From: Octopus bimaculoides
Lineage: Eukaryota
Assembly (NCBI RefSeq): GCF_001194135.2
Contig: NC_069005.1
Span: 11,075,495 to 11,139,494 of the forward strand
Length of the DNA stretch: 64,000 nucleotides
Direction of reading: 5' to 3'
In this document: piece by piece, positions 1 through 13,611 of the stretch
Position numbering within the stretch: the first letter of the stretch is position 1
Layout: each line of letters begins with the position of its first letter
Notes under the pieces: model-generated
Databases searched by the model: none
Seen by the model: the letters and a program-made list of their open reading frames with translations, nothing else
Told to the model about the DNA's origin: nothing
Translations under genes and position numbers: made by a program

Positions 1-99
1 AGAGGCTTAAGCTTATTTTATTTTAAAAAAGAGCAAAATCCTGCATCACTGCTCTAATCTAACTGCAAGGAACTTCCTCAAACGAATGTCTTGTATGAT

Positions 100-1750
100 T
101 TTGTTTTGTTTACATCTCTGGGCGGCCATGTTAGTTTTGTCATTCATTTCACTGCCGCCATCTTTGTTGCCTCGTTCTCGGTTTGGCCTTTAAATTACCA
201 AATATTTATTTTATTTTTTCTCTCTCTCATTCTTTCCCGTCATCCACGGCTTTATATTTTTATTTTCGCTTCTCCTCTTATCTCTAACTTCGGATATTTC
301 TCCATTAAAAAAACAAAAATCGATATTTTTTTTATTTCCCAAACAACTATCTCTCTTTCTCTCCACTTGTTTTTCTTCTTTTACAGTTATCTTCTCTTAC
401 CACCCCTCTATATCTTTCCTTGGTGTCGTCACTGTTCTAAAGTATAAATCATTTATTCCGTTTGTAAACTTGATGCCTACTTAACTAAGCTCATCTCTCA
501 TTCCCCACCCCCGACTATTTACTATTAGTTTCCTGTCATTCATTACTCCTGTTCTAATTACTCGTTGCCCCCCCCATCTCCATCCACCCTTTCTATCTTT
601 AATCTTACTGCAATAGATCTCTATGTACTTTTACTCCACCTCTCCATCTCTTTCTCTTTCTTTCAGTTTTTTGGGTTTTTTCTTTTATCTGGACATTCGT
701 TTATTTTTGCTGCCATGGCACCTTCTTTGCTCACTTCGTATGTTATCGTTGACATCAATGTCTGTGTTTACATTTTCAAGAAATTAAATTGTCAACCGCT
801 TCACTTCGCCGTCTTCGCATTCCTTCCACCCCACCCCCCTTAATTTTGCATCTCGCTCCAGTCTTTGTTTAACCAATACCAACACACATTTAAATTGTCA
901 TTGTTGTGTAGCCCAAAGTCAGCTCTGATCGAGTAAGCTTTATGGTCAGGTGCATTCCACCAGTGACCGTCTGGTCTTATATACTTACGCCTACAGTATC
1001 CAATGTGTCCGTCATTTTTTAAAGACGCCAGTGCGTGACTTGACGGAATTTGGCTACTGTTTATAGAAGGTCGAGTGTTCAAATTGTATTCAGTTTCTCC
1101 GTATTGCTCGACAGTTACTATTGTAATTGATGTTTGTCTTATGAAACAAAGGACAGTTCGCTAAGCATTGATTAATGTAAGATGTGGCTGCATCGAAGTG
1201 TATTGTGTACGTCTTATGACCTAGTTGTTTTTCATTCCACATCTTTCGTAGTTTCCCTAGCTCCAGGTCAGTTTTGATATGCAAATGTAGGACCAAATCT
1301 TCCATCAGATTTGACAATGGAACAAACCCGAATCAATCAGATGTTTTACACTCTTTTTTTTGTCCAAATCATTTTTAATACGTTTGTCCTAAACGTCCAC
1401 ACTTATATTTTCAAACTTGCAGTTAGCCCTTGCGTTCTGAGTAGTAGAAAGCTTTCTTTTCGTGAATCCCAAATTACTCTGGTGGTTGAATAAAAAAAAA
1501 AAAAACGTATCATACGATATGTGGACGCCAGAGAAATATGCCCGTGTATCATGTGATACAAAACAGTGTAAGCCAACTCCAGTGTGAGTAACTTCAGTGA
1601 AATTCGTTTGCTACTTTGTAACAGGTCGAGAGACCACACAGTATCCTAAAAGATCAAGAAACACTACATAGTTACAACCAGTTCTCTCTTAGCCTACCCT
1701 GCAAAGCCGTCGCTAAGCCCCTACAATCCCTGCGGCCATAGGGGGGCCTC
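100..1750. promoter_or_regulatory. CpG-richer, promoter-like segment with YY1-type motifs (GCCGCCATCTT at 154-164; GGCGGCCATGTT at 121-132)
   Basis: CpG dinucleotides are visibly denser here than in the rest of the non-repeat intron sequence. Orientation and target gene are not established. Confidence 0.4.
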
Positions 1751-3395
1751 TGCAGTTCAGGGGCCCTATGTGAAGATCAAAGTACATAGATGAGTCGTCT
1801 ATTTACTTTGGCTAAGATGTTGAACAAGAATTAAACTGTGTTAACTGAAAATTTCAAGAAATAAAATGGTAATACATTGTATCTGCAAAAGTTCTTGTAA
1901 AAATATTACTTTGTACCATGTACGTGTACCAGACTGGATTGTTTGGTATCTATTGGACACTGACTTAGCCCTCAGCTTGATTATTCTGAACTGATTGATG
2001 TGTGAAAAGTGTGCTGTTTGTCTTTGAAAGTTGCCTGGATTGTAAAAGTGCTCTGTTATTCATATCTGGAAGTTTTGCTTATTAAAATTTGTAATAGATC
2101 TAAATAAATTTAACTTGTACTTTTAAAGATGTTCTTTAGAATAACATGAAATATTGAAGTTAAGATAGAATAAAGAAAAATATAACTATGAATAAGAAGT
2201 ATGTAGATTAGGATGGGTCCTTGAAGCAAAGTTGCGGGGGGGTGGAGTGGAGGGCTCTAAAAGTCACATGATGGAGCTGAGGCAAAGATGCTATACCTGA
2301 AGGTGCAGGGAAGAGATGGCCTTGGACAGAATGTTTTTGATCATCTATATATGCTCAAATATATATTAGTTTGGAGCTGATCAACAAATGGCAGAAGACA
2401 GAATATCAATCTAATCTCTAAGAACTTTCGAAGTTTTTGGCATCTCAGGATTGCATGTATTCCTGTTATATTATGAATCACTATATTTTTGGATCTATAT
2501 GTTGTGAGTCCTGAACATTTTCATCCCCAACTGATCCGTGTATCATTTTCAATTTATAACCGATGCATGGGTCTTGCCATGAATGATATTGTCATTTAAT
2601 GTCTGATTTTGACGCTGGCATGGGTTGCAAAGTTTAATAGGATCCAGCAAGCTACGGGGTGCTCCGAGCTCTAGTGTCGGCTCAGCTTTTACATGGTTTC
2701 CATAGCTGGATACTCTTCCTAAGGTTATCCACTTCACAGTGTCAGGGAGTGGAGGTACAGACCCCCCCCCACGACAAAGTGAGGGAATTGGTATTTCAGA
2801 GGGAGAAGTGGCTTTATGCCAGGTGTTGAAAGGGGCAAATAGGTGTCTTGCTGTAGAGGAGATACATGGCTATCCCACATATTAGGGTGGGTGGTCATGT
2901 GAAGGAGATAGGACTGATGGGGTGCTAGAGCAAACTGTCAAAAGTAATTAGTATTTCTGAAGAACAAGTTTTAAATTATGGCTATACTTGTATTTAACAT
3001 ATGCAGCAGTTAATATCAACAAGCATGGCTGCTTTACAACCACATATGTTTGGAATGAATCTCATCACATGGCATTTTAGACAAATGTTTTCAGCTATAG
3101 CTCAGGGCTGACCAGTGTAAGGGAATTTGGTGAATGAAAACTTTATAGAAGCCTGTTTGTTTGTTTCCCACCGTTTTACAATCGATATTGATTTGTATTT
3201 GTTTGTAGCTCTGTGATTCAACAGAAAGTCTGATGGAATAAGTATTGAAATACAAATGATTTCTCTGTATTATTAGACTTTTTTTTTGTACACAAAGCCT
3301 CTGTCTCTTGCTCTCCATGATCCCACTTACCTCTGATACACCTATTTGTAATTAGGCTAATCATGTATTTCACACCTTGAATAAAGGCATGCAGC

Positions 3396-3425
3396 ATATA
3401 TACATATATATATATATATATATAA

Positions 3426-3492
<67 letters not shown>
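3396..3492. repeat. (TA)n microsatellite
   Basis: Direct inspection; many others border the N-gaps. Confidence 0.95.
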
Positions 3493-3494
<2 letters not shown>

Positions 3495-3878
3495 CGCAGG
3501 AGTGGCTGTGTGGTAAGAAGCTTGCTTACCAACCACATGGTTCCGGGTTCAGTCCCACTGCTTGGCACCTTGGGCAAGTGTCTTCTACTATGGCCTCGGG
3601 CCGACCAAAGCCTTTTGAGTGGAATTGGTAGACAGTAACTGAAAGAAGCCCATTGTATATATGTATGTGTTTGTGTGTCTGTTTGTCCCCTCCCCCACCA
3701 TCGCTTGACAACCGATGGTGGTGTGTTTATGTCCCCGTAACTTAGCCGTTCGGGAAAAGAGACCAATAGAATAAGTACTAGGCTTCCAAAGAATAAGTCC
3801 TGGGGTCGATTTGCCCGACTAAAGGCGGTGCTCCAGCATGGCCGCAGTCAAATGACTGAAACAAGTAAAAGAGTAAAA
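3493..3878 (+). mobile_element. tRNA-derived SINE, family with head GGCGCAGGAGTGGCTGTGTGG (near full length)
   Basis: A/B-box-like head (TGGCTGTGTGGT; GGTTCAGTCC), tail gtaaaagagtaaaa. Further copies or fragments near 11040-11195(-), 15405-15847(-), 30545-30700, 42060-42205, 42930-43110(-), 48110-48250(-), 56120-56357, 57285-57375(-), 60265-60360. Confidence 0.85.
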
Positions 3879-5652
3879 TATGGACAGTGTGAACCATAAG
3901 ATTAGTTTTTAGCACCTTGACCTGTTTGGGTTTAAAGGACAAAACTGTGTCCTTCTGACTGCTTTATCTATATACTACTAAAACAGATTCCTTGCTTGCT
4001 TGTCTGTAATTTAATACAGCCAAACCGGCACATAATGGGAAAATACTCTGAAATTAAGGTACCCCTGAAATGCAAATACAAACAATAAAACAAGTTTCGC
4101 ATAAATTGGACCATGGAATTCCTGAGATACACGTTTTTTTTTTGTGGGGGGGATACCTTCATAAATAACCAAAGTGGCACATATTGGAAAATACTCTGGA
4201 AGTAACATAACCCTGAAATGGGAATAAATAATATTGTAAAAATTGTTTCCATTAAGTTTGTTTACGTTCTATAACAATTCCGTTTACATTTTGTAGAAGT
4301 GTGTACATATCCCATAAATAAATGCTGTTACTGGAGTTCTTCTCAGAAGTTCTGTTTCTATTAGTTGCTGTAAATAATCAATAAAACCTTAAATATGAAC
4401 ATGACATGAATGAAATAAAATATTTAACGGAGTCATCATAAAATTAACTTTCATTTCAATGCCATGTTGAAATCAACTTCAATGTTTTATAAACTGAACC
4501 AACAGTGACCCAATAGGTCACGGGCAGTCTGGTATTTACTAAAAGTATACAAATAATCACTAGGAAAAAACTTATAAAATCAAAAAGCTGGTTTTATGAA
4601 GAAAAAAAAAAAAAAAGGTACATAGTCTTTATTAATATTCTGAAAGATTGAAAATTTTTATCCCATTAAAATTTATTAAATGCTGTTATAGAATGTTTGG
4701 TATTTCTGTCAGTTTCTTGCTGAACTACTAAGTTATGGGGACATCAAAAATAAAAATCCCAAATTTACTAACCTTTTGTTTTTAGAAACAAATGCTTCTT
4801 CATAGATCTTAAATCTGATTTTTAGTAGAAGAAAAATTGTTGAAATCTGTGGAATTATAAAATTTAATGCGTTATATTACAGTTTGCTTTGAAAGTTGGT
4901 GCATTTTTCACTATTTCTCCAAAGCCCTACACTTTGCTAGCAACAATGTTGTAAGCTTAAATCTTTAGCATTCAGATTACTGTCAAATGTAAAATGCATT
5001 TATTCATACTGTTTTGAATTAATCATGCCTTATCTTGTAGCTTTGAGATTTCAATGGTGTGATTGTTTCTAATGATATTGTCAGATAGGCATGAAAGGCC
5101 AGATGTGGCCAATTTGAACATAAAACAGGTAGAATATTTGGGCCAGATATGGCCAGTTTAAAAGCTAAAGGGTTAAACTTGTAGCATGTAAACTGGCCAT
5201 ATCCTATCCTACAATGTCATTTTAAGAATAATCACCTCATTGAAATCTCAAGACTACAAGATAGTGCATGATGAATTCTAAAACAATATGAATAAATAAG
5301 CATTACATTTGACAATAATCAGAATGCTAAATGGTTAAACTTGCTGTGGAGGTGGCATTATGGATCAGGGCTGCAGATTCTGTAGATAAAACTATTGACG
5401 CCTTGGCATAAAATGTTTTAAAATTTTCAATTTTATAGATAGTATTTTGACTATTTTGACATAATTTGAAAGACCTTAAAGGTAGGAAGCTGTGGTAGAA
5501 GTTCCATTTCTTCAAACAAGTCGTTAGTAAATTTCGGATGTTGATTTAGTTCTTAGTCTGTAGGAATGATTCCTTTTGTAAATTGTATTTAAAAAAAATT
5601 TTTTTGTCCAACTAAACTTTTCACTCCTTTACAGTATAATTATATCATTAAT

Positions 5653-5924
5653 AAACAATTGCAGCGTGGAAGGTGTTTATAAGCCATTTAAAATAACACA
5701 CAAAGACCACTAGATTCACTTCAACATTTAAATTTAATTTGTCAAAATATTTTTCTCGTTTTGAGACCGCGACCTGTTCACTGACAAAGTTCTGTACTTG
5801 AACAGGTCGTGGTCTCAAAGCGACGAAAATATTTTGACAAATTAAATTCAAATGTTGAAGTGAATCTAACTGCATTTGTGTGTTTTTAAATGGCTTATAA
5901 ACACCTTCCACGCTGCAATTGTTT
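5653..5924. repeat. Long fold-back: arms of about 127 bp (5653-5780 and 5799-5924), 18-nt loop
   Basis: Arms are reverse complements with scattered mismatches and small indels. Confidence 0.92.
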
Positions 5925-8900
5925 TCATTCCAGCACACGATCTCGGATCAGGTCGCTTGCTATGCAAGTACATCTCCGCAATTCTGAAAGCTATATCATT
6001 AATGTGATTGTTAATGTGGCATTCACTTCAGTTTTATATTTGAAAATGCTTTAGCTTTAAAAAGGCAGGGTTACATACCTAATTCCTTTCATTTCTATTA
6101 AACTGGTAATTTCAGTTGTATTAGGTGTTAAAAACATCCTTCAGTGACAGCTCTAACCTTTACACTTTAACAGGTTAGGGTGTTAAGAAATCTGTTCCCT
6201 CACACGGGCCTGTGTATTATGTACTTTCAATTAAAATAGATGCTTAATTGTTTAGCATTCAGTTTTTTTTTTTTCGTACAAGCATGAGTTGGGCAGTTTG
6301 ACAGGAACTAGTAAGCAAGGGGACTGCTGAGCACTGATTCTGCTAGGGTTGATTTTGCTTTTAGTCTTGTTTGGGGTTAGTGTTATAAAAAAGACAAAAA
6401 AATTACTGGTCTAGTACCTGAGGTGATAATATTGAATATGCACTTCCCTTGACTTTGAATTTGAGTGCCAGTGTTAGAAATCACCTCAAGGGGGTGAAAA
6501 AAAAGTCACTGCCAAAATATCGTGCATTCTTTAGTTAGCAAAGGTCTGGCGTTTAGATTATATTAAATGTAATACTTATTTATTCACATTGTTTTGAATT
6601 AATGCTGCATTATCTCATAGCATTGAGATTTCAATGATGTGATTGTTTATTTTGAGAACGACCATGTGAGGTAGGTGTGATAGGCCAAATCTGGCCATTT
6701 TGAACATAAAATAGAAGATTTGAACCAAATATGGCTGGTTTGAATGCTGAAGGGCTAATGAAGATTTGGTAGTCAGCATCGTCACCAGAAACCAACATCT
6801 GTTGCTCATGTTACGACTAATAGCCTGTTCAGAGCTGTCAAGGAATGTTTTTGTTTCAGAGTCTGTTTAACATAACATTGCATCTGAACCTGTCAATATA
6901 TCACAACATAGCAAATTGAGTTTCTCTACATATGTTCTAAAAAATGCTTAGAATGCACTATCACTCATCACTGCTTGTGACACACAGCTGGTTTCTTGGG
7001 GGATTTAAAAAGAAAGTAAGAAAAAAAATAGCTCTCCCTTTTTATGGTTCAAATCTCATTATAGAAATGTTTCAAATTATTTTAGGATTATTCTTTTGAA
7101 GTTTTTAAAGTTTGAAATTTGTGTTAGGTGAAAATTTTAAATAGGTAAAAAAAAAAAATGTCCGTAGTGCTTGTATAATCTGAAATCATCTATGAAGCTG
7201 AAACTGAAATTAAAACTTAATTTTAATTTTGTAAATTCAGAATATAATTTTAATCTCAGCATCATTACTAAAATGGTGGTGAACTAGCGGTCATTATCTC
7301 GACAGGAAAAATGCTTAGCATTTCGTCCATTTTCAAATTCTGCAGAGGTCATCTTTTTCCTTTTAGGGTCAATAAAATGAGTATTGGTTGAGCACTGGGG
7401 TCAATGTAATTGACTCGCACCTCTTCCTGAACTTATGAAAATGTGAGCTGGCTGAATCGTTAGCACATCTAAGAAAATGTTTCGTAGCGCTTATTCTGGT
7501 TCTTTGTATTCAGTGTTCAACCACTATTGCCAAGATTAACTTTGCCTTTTTCCAGCTGAGGTTAAAATAAAATACTAGCCAAGTACTGGGACCGATTGAA
7601 TTGATGGATCCTCTTCCCTTTAAAATTGCTGGCCATGTGACTGTATTAGAAACTACAATTATTATTTAGGTAGTGAGCTGGCAAAAATCAGTGCATCAGA
7701 CAAAATCCTTAGCAGTTTTTCAGGCTCTTTACATTGTGGGTTCAAGTTCTGTTGAGGCCAACTTTGTTTCATTCCTCCAGGGTTGAAAACAAAGTATCAG
7801 TCAAGTACAACACAAAACAATTTCATTGTAATTTTTGAATGATGCCACCTTGCTGGCTTGGCAGGCAGACATTATCCCTGAACAGAATGCTAGTCTGTCA
7901 TGGGGTTTCTCATTTACAGCTGAGTGGACTGGATCAATAGGAAATTTTGTCAAGAACACAACACATTGCCACATTTTGGAATTGAAACCATGATCTTATG
8001 ATTGTGAGTGCAACACCCTCAACACTAGGCCACATATCCTCATTGTATTGACATCGGTAATCTTAGTATGGCTATCACCGTGGTTGTTACTGGTGCATTG
8101 TGAAGTCTGCAGATTGGTAACAACTGGTGTTGATGTGCTTGATATGGTGTTTGATAATGTAGAGGTAATCTAGATGATCCCTGTTGAAGAGAAATATGAA
8201 AGGTGAAGTCAGCCCTTAAAAATAAAATTGTTGTTGGTGATAGGGTTTAAGTATTTCTCTGCTCCTTGGGCAGGTCAAACAATCAGTGGCTCAAACTGAA
8301 ATTGAATAGTTATATATCTTTGTTGTCAAACTGTTAATGTCCATTTTCCGTGTTGGCATGGGCTGTATGTTTGGACAGGATCTAATTAACCTGGGGATTG
8401 CATTGATTTCCATTGTTTGCTTTGGTATGGTTTCTACAGGTGGGTGCTCTTCATAACATCAACCGCTTTGTAATGTGCACTGAGTACTTTTTCCAGGGCT
8501 CCTGCCAGCACCAATGAGGCTTAGCGTGTAACATTGCAAGGCAAGGCTACTTGACAGTGAAGGAGCAACATTGAGAGAGGTTTACATTGTGCCAAGTGTA
8601 GAGAAGTTAGAAGGATAGAAACCGGTATTTTGCTATAAAAGAGACACATGGGTATCCTTGCAGAAAAAGGAAAAAGTATGGTTGAGATGAAAATATAATT
8701 TGAAATTAAGTAGAAAAATGGCACTAAATGTGTTGTTTCTTGACTGACTTTCATCTCCAAAATTTCAGATGAAGTCATTTGTCAGAAAACAAATCTATTT
8801 TAATGTTACTTTTGATGTTCTGAATATTTTTCCTTTTTTTTTTTTTAATTATTCAATTAAAAAAATTATTTAAAAGCAAAAGGAAAATAACATTTGTATA

Positions 8901-8934
8901 ATGACCTTTCATGTATATTAAACTATTTCTTTAG

Positions 8935-9080
8935 CTCTGATGGTGTGTGGGACCCAGAAAAATGGTTCAAGGCTTTCATTGCTTCACCTGAGGGGTCGCC
9001 CCTTACAATCAGTGATGGTCGAGAACGACGGCGACCTTTGGAGATTGATAGAGAATTTATCTTCCGCCGTCGCTTGTCGG
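8935..9080 (+). CDS. EIF4ENIF1: 4E-T visible exon 1 (146 nt): SDGVWDPEKWFKAF...FRRRLS
   Basis: Acceptor tttctttag|c, donor g|gtaagt. SDGVWDPEKW matches the human N-terminus. Begins after a phase-2 intron, so an upstream coding exon is required. Confidence 0.95.
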
Positions 9081-10170
9081 GTAAGTCTTTAGAATTTTTT
9101 TTTCCTCTCCTATCTGTGCATTTTATTTACAATGCTAGCATGGCTGGTAGTTTTGGGAATTGTGTGTGTGTATTTTAGGATGTTTGCATATTGTCAGTGC
9201 TTAAATTACTGAAATCCTTGCAGTGTTAAACCTCTTAGCTTTGAAATAGTAGTGGTAACTGTTATTGAGCAGGTAAAGCAAGCTTTGTATGCTAGAGTAT
9301 ACAGTGGCCACAGCAAGGTCTGAACCTATGATCACATTGGTCAGTCTCTTTGACCACATGACAACTGACCTCAATGTTTATTTTTGTCTTCTAAGCAAAA
9401 CAATTTCTGTGTAACTAATTTCCGTTCCATATTTCAACACTTTCACCAAAGACATAACTGATTTAGACCAAGTTTTATTTTCTCCATCGTCTCTGGAGAT
9501 CCAACTCTTCTAAAAAAATTTCATAGCTGATTTATGTTAGCACTGGTTGGATACTAACTACACAACTGTGGATTTGGAGTGGAACTTTTGGTTTTTGTTG
9601 TGCTGATGCAAATGTATTTATGTACTCAGCCCAAGGGCACAAAACTATGATTCAAGTATGAATTGTGGCCAAGTAGTTCAAGCAACATTGTGTGGCTTTG
9701 ATATTAAAATCTGAGATGTTTTGTTACCATATTTTCTGGCATGCTAGTTGAATTTTTCAGACCAAAATTTACAGCCCCCCCCCCCCAAAAAAACAAAACA
9801 AAACAAACTAGGTCAATTTATACACCAAGATGATTTAGGACAAAAAATTCCATGTAAAATGCTGCAGGATTTGGAACGATAATGATATTTGAATGTTTAC
9901 ACTGTATACTACATCAACTTATGTCAGAAAATACAATTTATTTAAAGCTCAAGACATTTCCTATCTTTGGAGGAATTATTAAACGATGAAATGCATAATC
10001 CAGCAACTCTTAGGAAAATTTAGACTAATTTCAGTAACTATGCTAATATCCAAAAATTAAAAAAAAACAAAACTCCAAAAGCATCCCTATTTGTATCTTA
10101 AGACTTGGGTAGTTATGTGTTTGACTTTTTGACTAATGATGATTTTTTTTGTTGTTTTTTTTTGTTGCAG

Positions 10171-10309
10171 ACCCCAAGGAGCGTTTGAGGGATGATTGTA
10201 TAGTGTTAAGCCCTCAACGTAGAAGCTTTGGAACAGGGTGCCATGTAACACTTTCGGGCATCGGGAGACAAGTTAGTTGTCCTCCTGATTTCAAAGAGTC
10301 AGCTCAAAG
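10171..10309 (+). CDS. EIF4ENIF1: 4E-T visible exon 2 (139 nt): DPKERLRDDCIVLSPQRRSFGTGCHV...
   Basis: Acceptor ttgcag|ac, donor ag|gtaatc; conserved VLSPQRRSFGxGCHV. Confidence 0.95.
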
Positions 10310-11904
10310 GTAATCCTTTCATACGTATTTTTGACATGTAAATTGAAGTGAACTTGGAACCCTCTGTAGTCTCTCAGCCTACTAGAAACAGCAGCATAAT
10401 CTCCTTCAAATCACAACCTGCTGTTAAAAAAAAAACCCCCAAAAAAACCCCCACCAGTTTGGATGTTGGAATACTAGATATATCCTCATTGTTTAACATT
10501 CACTTTTCGATGCCTGTATGGAGTAGATGGAATTAATTGGGGTTAATTTTCAATGGCTGGATGCCCTTCCTGTCACCAATCCTCACCTATCTCCAGACAA
10601 GGTAATATTTCCCCATGATGGGATATGTTTCTCACAGAAGACTCGAAACAAACATCACTTATGATGGTGATTGTTTACAGCCATACATATCAAGACATGA
10701 ATAACTGGCACTCCATCGGTTATAAGGGTTCTAGTTGACCCAATTAACAAAACAGCCTGCTCATGAAATTAACTTGCCTGTGGCTAAGCACTCTAGACAT
10801 GTGTACCCTTAACATAGTTCTTAAGGATATTCAGCATGACAGTGTGACAAGGCTGGGCCCTTTGAATTACCGGTACAACTCATTTTTGCCAGCTGAGTGG
10901 ATTGGAGCAATGTGAAATAAAGTGTCTTGCTCAAGGACACAATGTGCTGCCTGGAATTGAACTTGCAGCCATACGATTGTGAGCCAAATATCCCTAACCA
11001 CTTAGCCATGTGCCTTCGCTAGACAAGGTTAAACACACATCATGAGCATCTTTCACTTTCTGTCTGCCAAATCTACTCAAGGCTTTGTTTAGTTTGGAGC
11101 TGTAGTAGAAGACACTTGCCTAAGGTGCCATGCAGTGGAACTGCACCTGAGACCACATAGTTGGAAAGCAAACTTCTTAACCACACAACCATGTCTACAA
11201 TTAGTCTGGTTTTAATTTTTGATAATAGCTATTTTTATTGAATTACAGAGCAGTTTTCACATATTTGTACTCCTAATGTAATTCTTAGGCCAAATTGGAG
11301 TTACAGTCTGAAACAAAACTGGCCTTCTGCATTACAAATGTGGCCCACCTGATGGGCTTTCAATTTCTCTTAATTTTGACTCGCATGTCTTGAGTCAAAC
11401 TTAGGCTATGGTTTAAAAAAAGAAAAATGCTCTGTGCTATATAATAGGATTGAGCCTTCGATCTCGTGACTGCAGAAGAAACTTTTTAACCACACAGCCA
11501 TCTCATCATATGATTCAGGAAATGGATATTGGTAGGCATTGTTTTGTGGTTAAAAAGTTTGCTTCTCTCTTATGTAGTCCTTTGTCTAATTCTACTCTGT
11601 GACACTTTGGGTAAGTGTCTTTTACAAGTAGCCATGGGTCAGTCAGTACCTTTATGAGTAAAATTGGTAAATGACCTTACAATGTCATTTTAACAATAAT
11701 CACCTCATTAAAGTCTCAGTGGTATGAGATAATGCATGATTAATCATCCAAAGCAGTGTGACTAAAGCTTTACAGTAATTCAACAGTAATCTGCATGTTT
11801 AAAGGGTTAAATTTAGACTTGGTTTCAGCTTTTTTCCTTTCTTTTTCTTTCTTCATTATCCTTCATTTTTACAATTTTTTTTCTTTTGTTTTCCTTTTCT
11901 GTAG

Positions 11905-12040
11905 AGAGCGAACTCGAAGAATTGGGAGTGGCCGAATTCAACTCGAGAAGGATTACAACTGTAGATACGATAACCGTGATGATCGCTTTGAAAGGAACGA
12001 TAGTGGTCGTGGTGATAACTTTAGGAACAACTATGATCGG
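11905..12040 (+). CDS. EIF4ENIF1: 4E-T visible exon 3 (136 nt): RERTRRIGSGRIQLEKD...NYDR
   Basis: Acceptor ctgtag|a, donor cgg|gtatgg; RRIGSGRI motif (region recalled as CSDE1/UNR-binding in human 4E-T). Confidence 0.95.
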
Positions 12041-12178
12041 GTATGGTCTTTTTATGACATGGATGTTTTTCTTTGTTTTTATGTTTTCAATTGTGGTGAT
12101 TCAGAGAAGTGCTGTCCTTCATTAGATTGTTTTTGGGTGAAAAAGGAAAACTCTGTGGCTTGTTCACTTGTAACATCT

Positions 12179-12481
12179 TGTTGGCACTCCGTCGCTTACG
12201 ACGTCGAGGGTTCCAGTTGATCCGATCAACGGAACAGCCTGCTTGTGAAATTAACGTGCAAGTGGCCGAGCACTCCACAGACACCTGTACCCTTAACGTA
12301 GTTCTTGGGGATATTCAGCATGACACAGTGTGACAAGGCTGACCCTTTGAAATACAAGTACAACAGAAACAGGAAGTAAGAGTGAGAGAAAGTTGTGGTG
12401 AAAGAGTACAGCAGGGTTTGCCACCATCCCCTGCCGGAGCCTCGTGGAACTTTAGGTGTTTTCGCTCAAACACTCACAACG
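12179..12481 (-). mobile_element. tRNA-derived SINE, GGAGGCGCAATGG-head family; 3' part, cut by the gap
   Basis: Reverse complement matches the 3' two-thirds of 21528-21913. Confidence 0.85.
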
Positions 12482-13134
12482 NNNNNNNNNNNNNNNNNNN
12501 NNNNNNNNNNNNNNNNNNNNNNNNNNNNNNNNNNNNNNNNNNNNNNNNNNNNNNNNNNNNNNNNNNNNNNNNNNNNNNNNNNNNNNNNNNNNNNNNNNNN
12601 NNNNNNNNNNNNNNNNNNNNNNNNNNNNNNNNNNNNNNNNNNNNNNNNNNNNNNNNNNNNNNNNNNNNNNNNNNNNNNNNNNNNNNNNNNNNNNNNNNNN
12701 NNNNNNNNNNNNNNNNNNNNNNNNNNNNNNNNNNNNNNNNNNNNNNNNNNNNNNNNNNNNNNNNNNNNNNNNNNNNNNNNNNNNNNNNNNNNNNNNNNNN
12801 NNNNNNNNNNNNNNNNNNNNNNNNNNNNNNNNNNNNNNNNNNNNNNNNNNNNNNNNNNNNNNNNNNNNNNNNNNNNNNNNNNNNNNNNNNNNNNNNNNNN
12901 NNNNNNNNNNNNNNNNNNNNNNNNNNNNNNNNNNNNNNNNNNNNNNNNNNNNNNNNNNNNNNNNNNNNNNNNNNNNNNNNNNNNNNNNNNNNNNNNNNNN
13001 NNNNNNNNNNNNNNNNNNNNNNNNNNNNNNNNNNNNNNNNNNNNNNNNNNNNNNNNNNNNNNNNNNNNNNNNNNNNNNNNNNNNNNNNNNNNNNNNNNNN
13101 NNNNNNNNNNNNNNNNNATGTATGTATATATGTG

Positions 13135-13183
<49 letters not shown>

Positions 13184-13580
13184 GAGAGATTTAGAAATAT
13201 TATATTTCTAATTATTTGTGTGTGTGTGTGTGTGTGCAGGCATGACTGCTGTGTGGTCAAGAAGCTTGATTTGCAGCCATCTCCTTTCGGGTTTAGCTCC
13301 ACTATGTGACACTTTGTGTAACTTTTCTATCAGTTTCATCGCATAACCACCTTCACACACTGGTTTATGCTTGTGCTCACTTGCCAGTGTCCACACTCAT
13401 TGGCTGGCATCTGTTACTTTTACACACTGATTATTTGAAATGAATAGAATCGAGGTTGTATAAATTTGCATTTATGACAGCAGTCAAATTATGAACTGTT
13501 AATTTGTGAGTGGAACAGTCGCATAATACCACACAGATATTTAATTTTCTTTTGTTACATTTTTTTTTTTTCTCTTACAG

Positions 13581-13611
13581 CGAGACATAAATCCACGAAG
13601 AATAAATACCC
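13581..13611 (+). CDS. EIF4ENIF1: 4E-T visible exon 4, 31-nt microexon: RDINPRRINT
   Basis: Strong polypyrimidine acceptor ttacag| and donor c|gtaagt; needed to bridge phase 0 to phase 1. Confidence 0.88.

Noticed and set aside
715-843. MAPSLL... ORF with a strong Kozak context and YIFKKLN as the missing eIF4E-binding exon
   Set aside because: Ends in TAA with no suitable phase-2 donor, lacks the hydrophobic residue after L, and has no 4E-T-like flanking residues.
844-932. Open frame ending at the phase-2 donor ga|gtaagc as the first coding exon
   Set aside because: No ATG, a stop immediately upstream, and no YxxxxL-phi. It could only be a non-coding exon.
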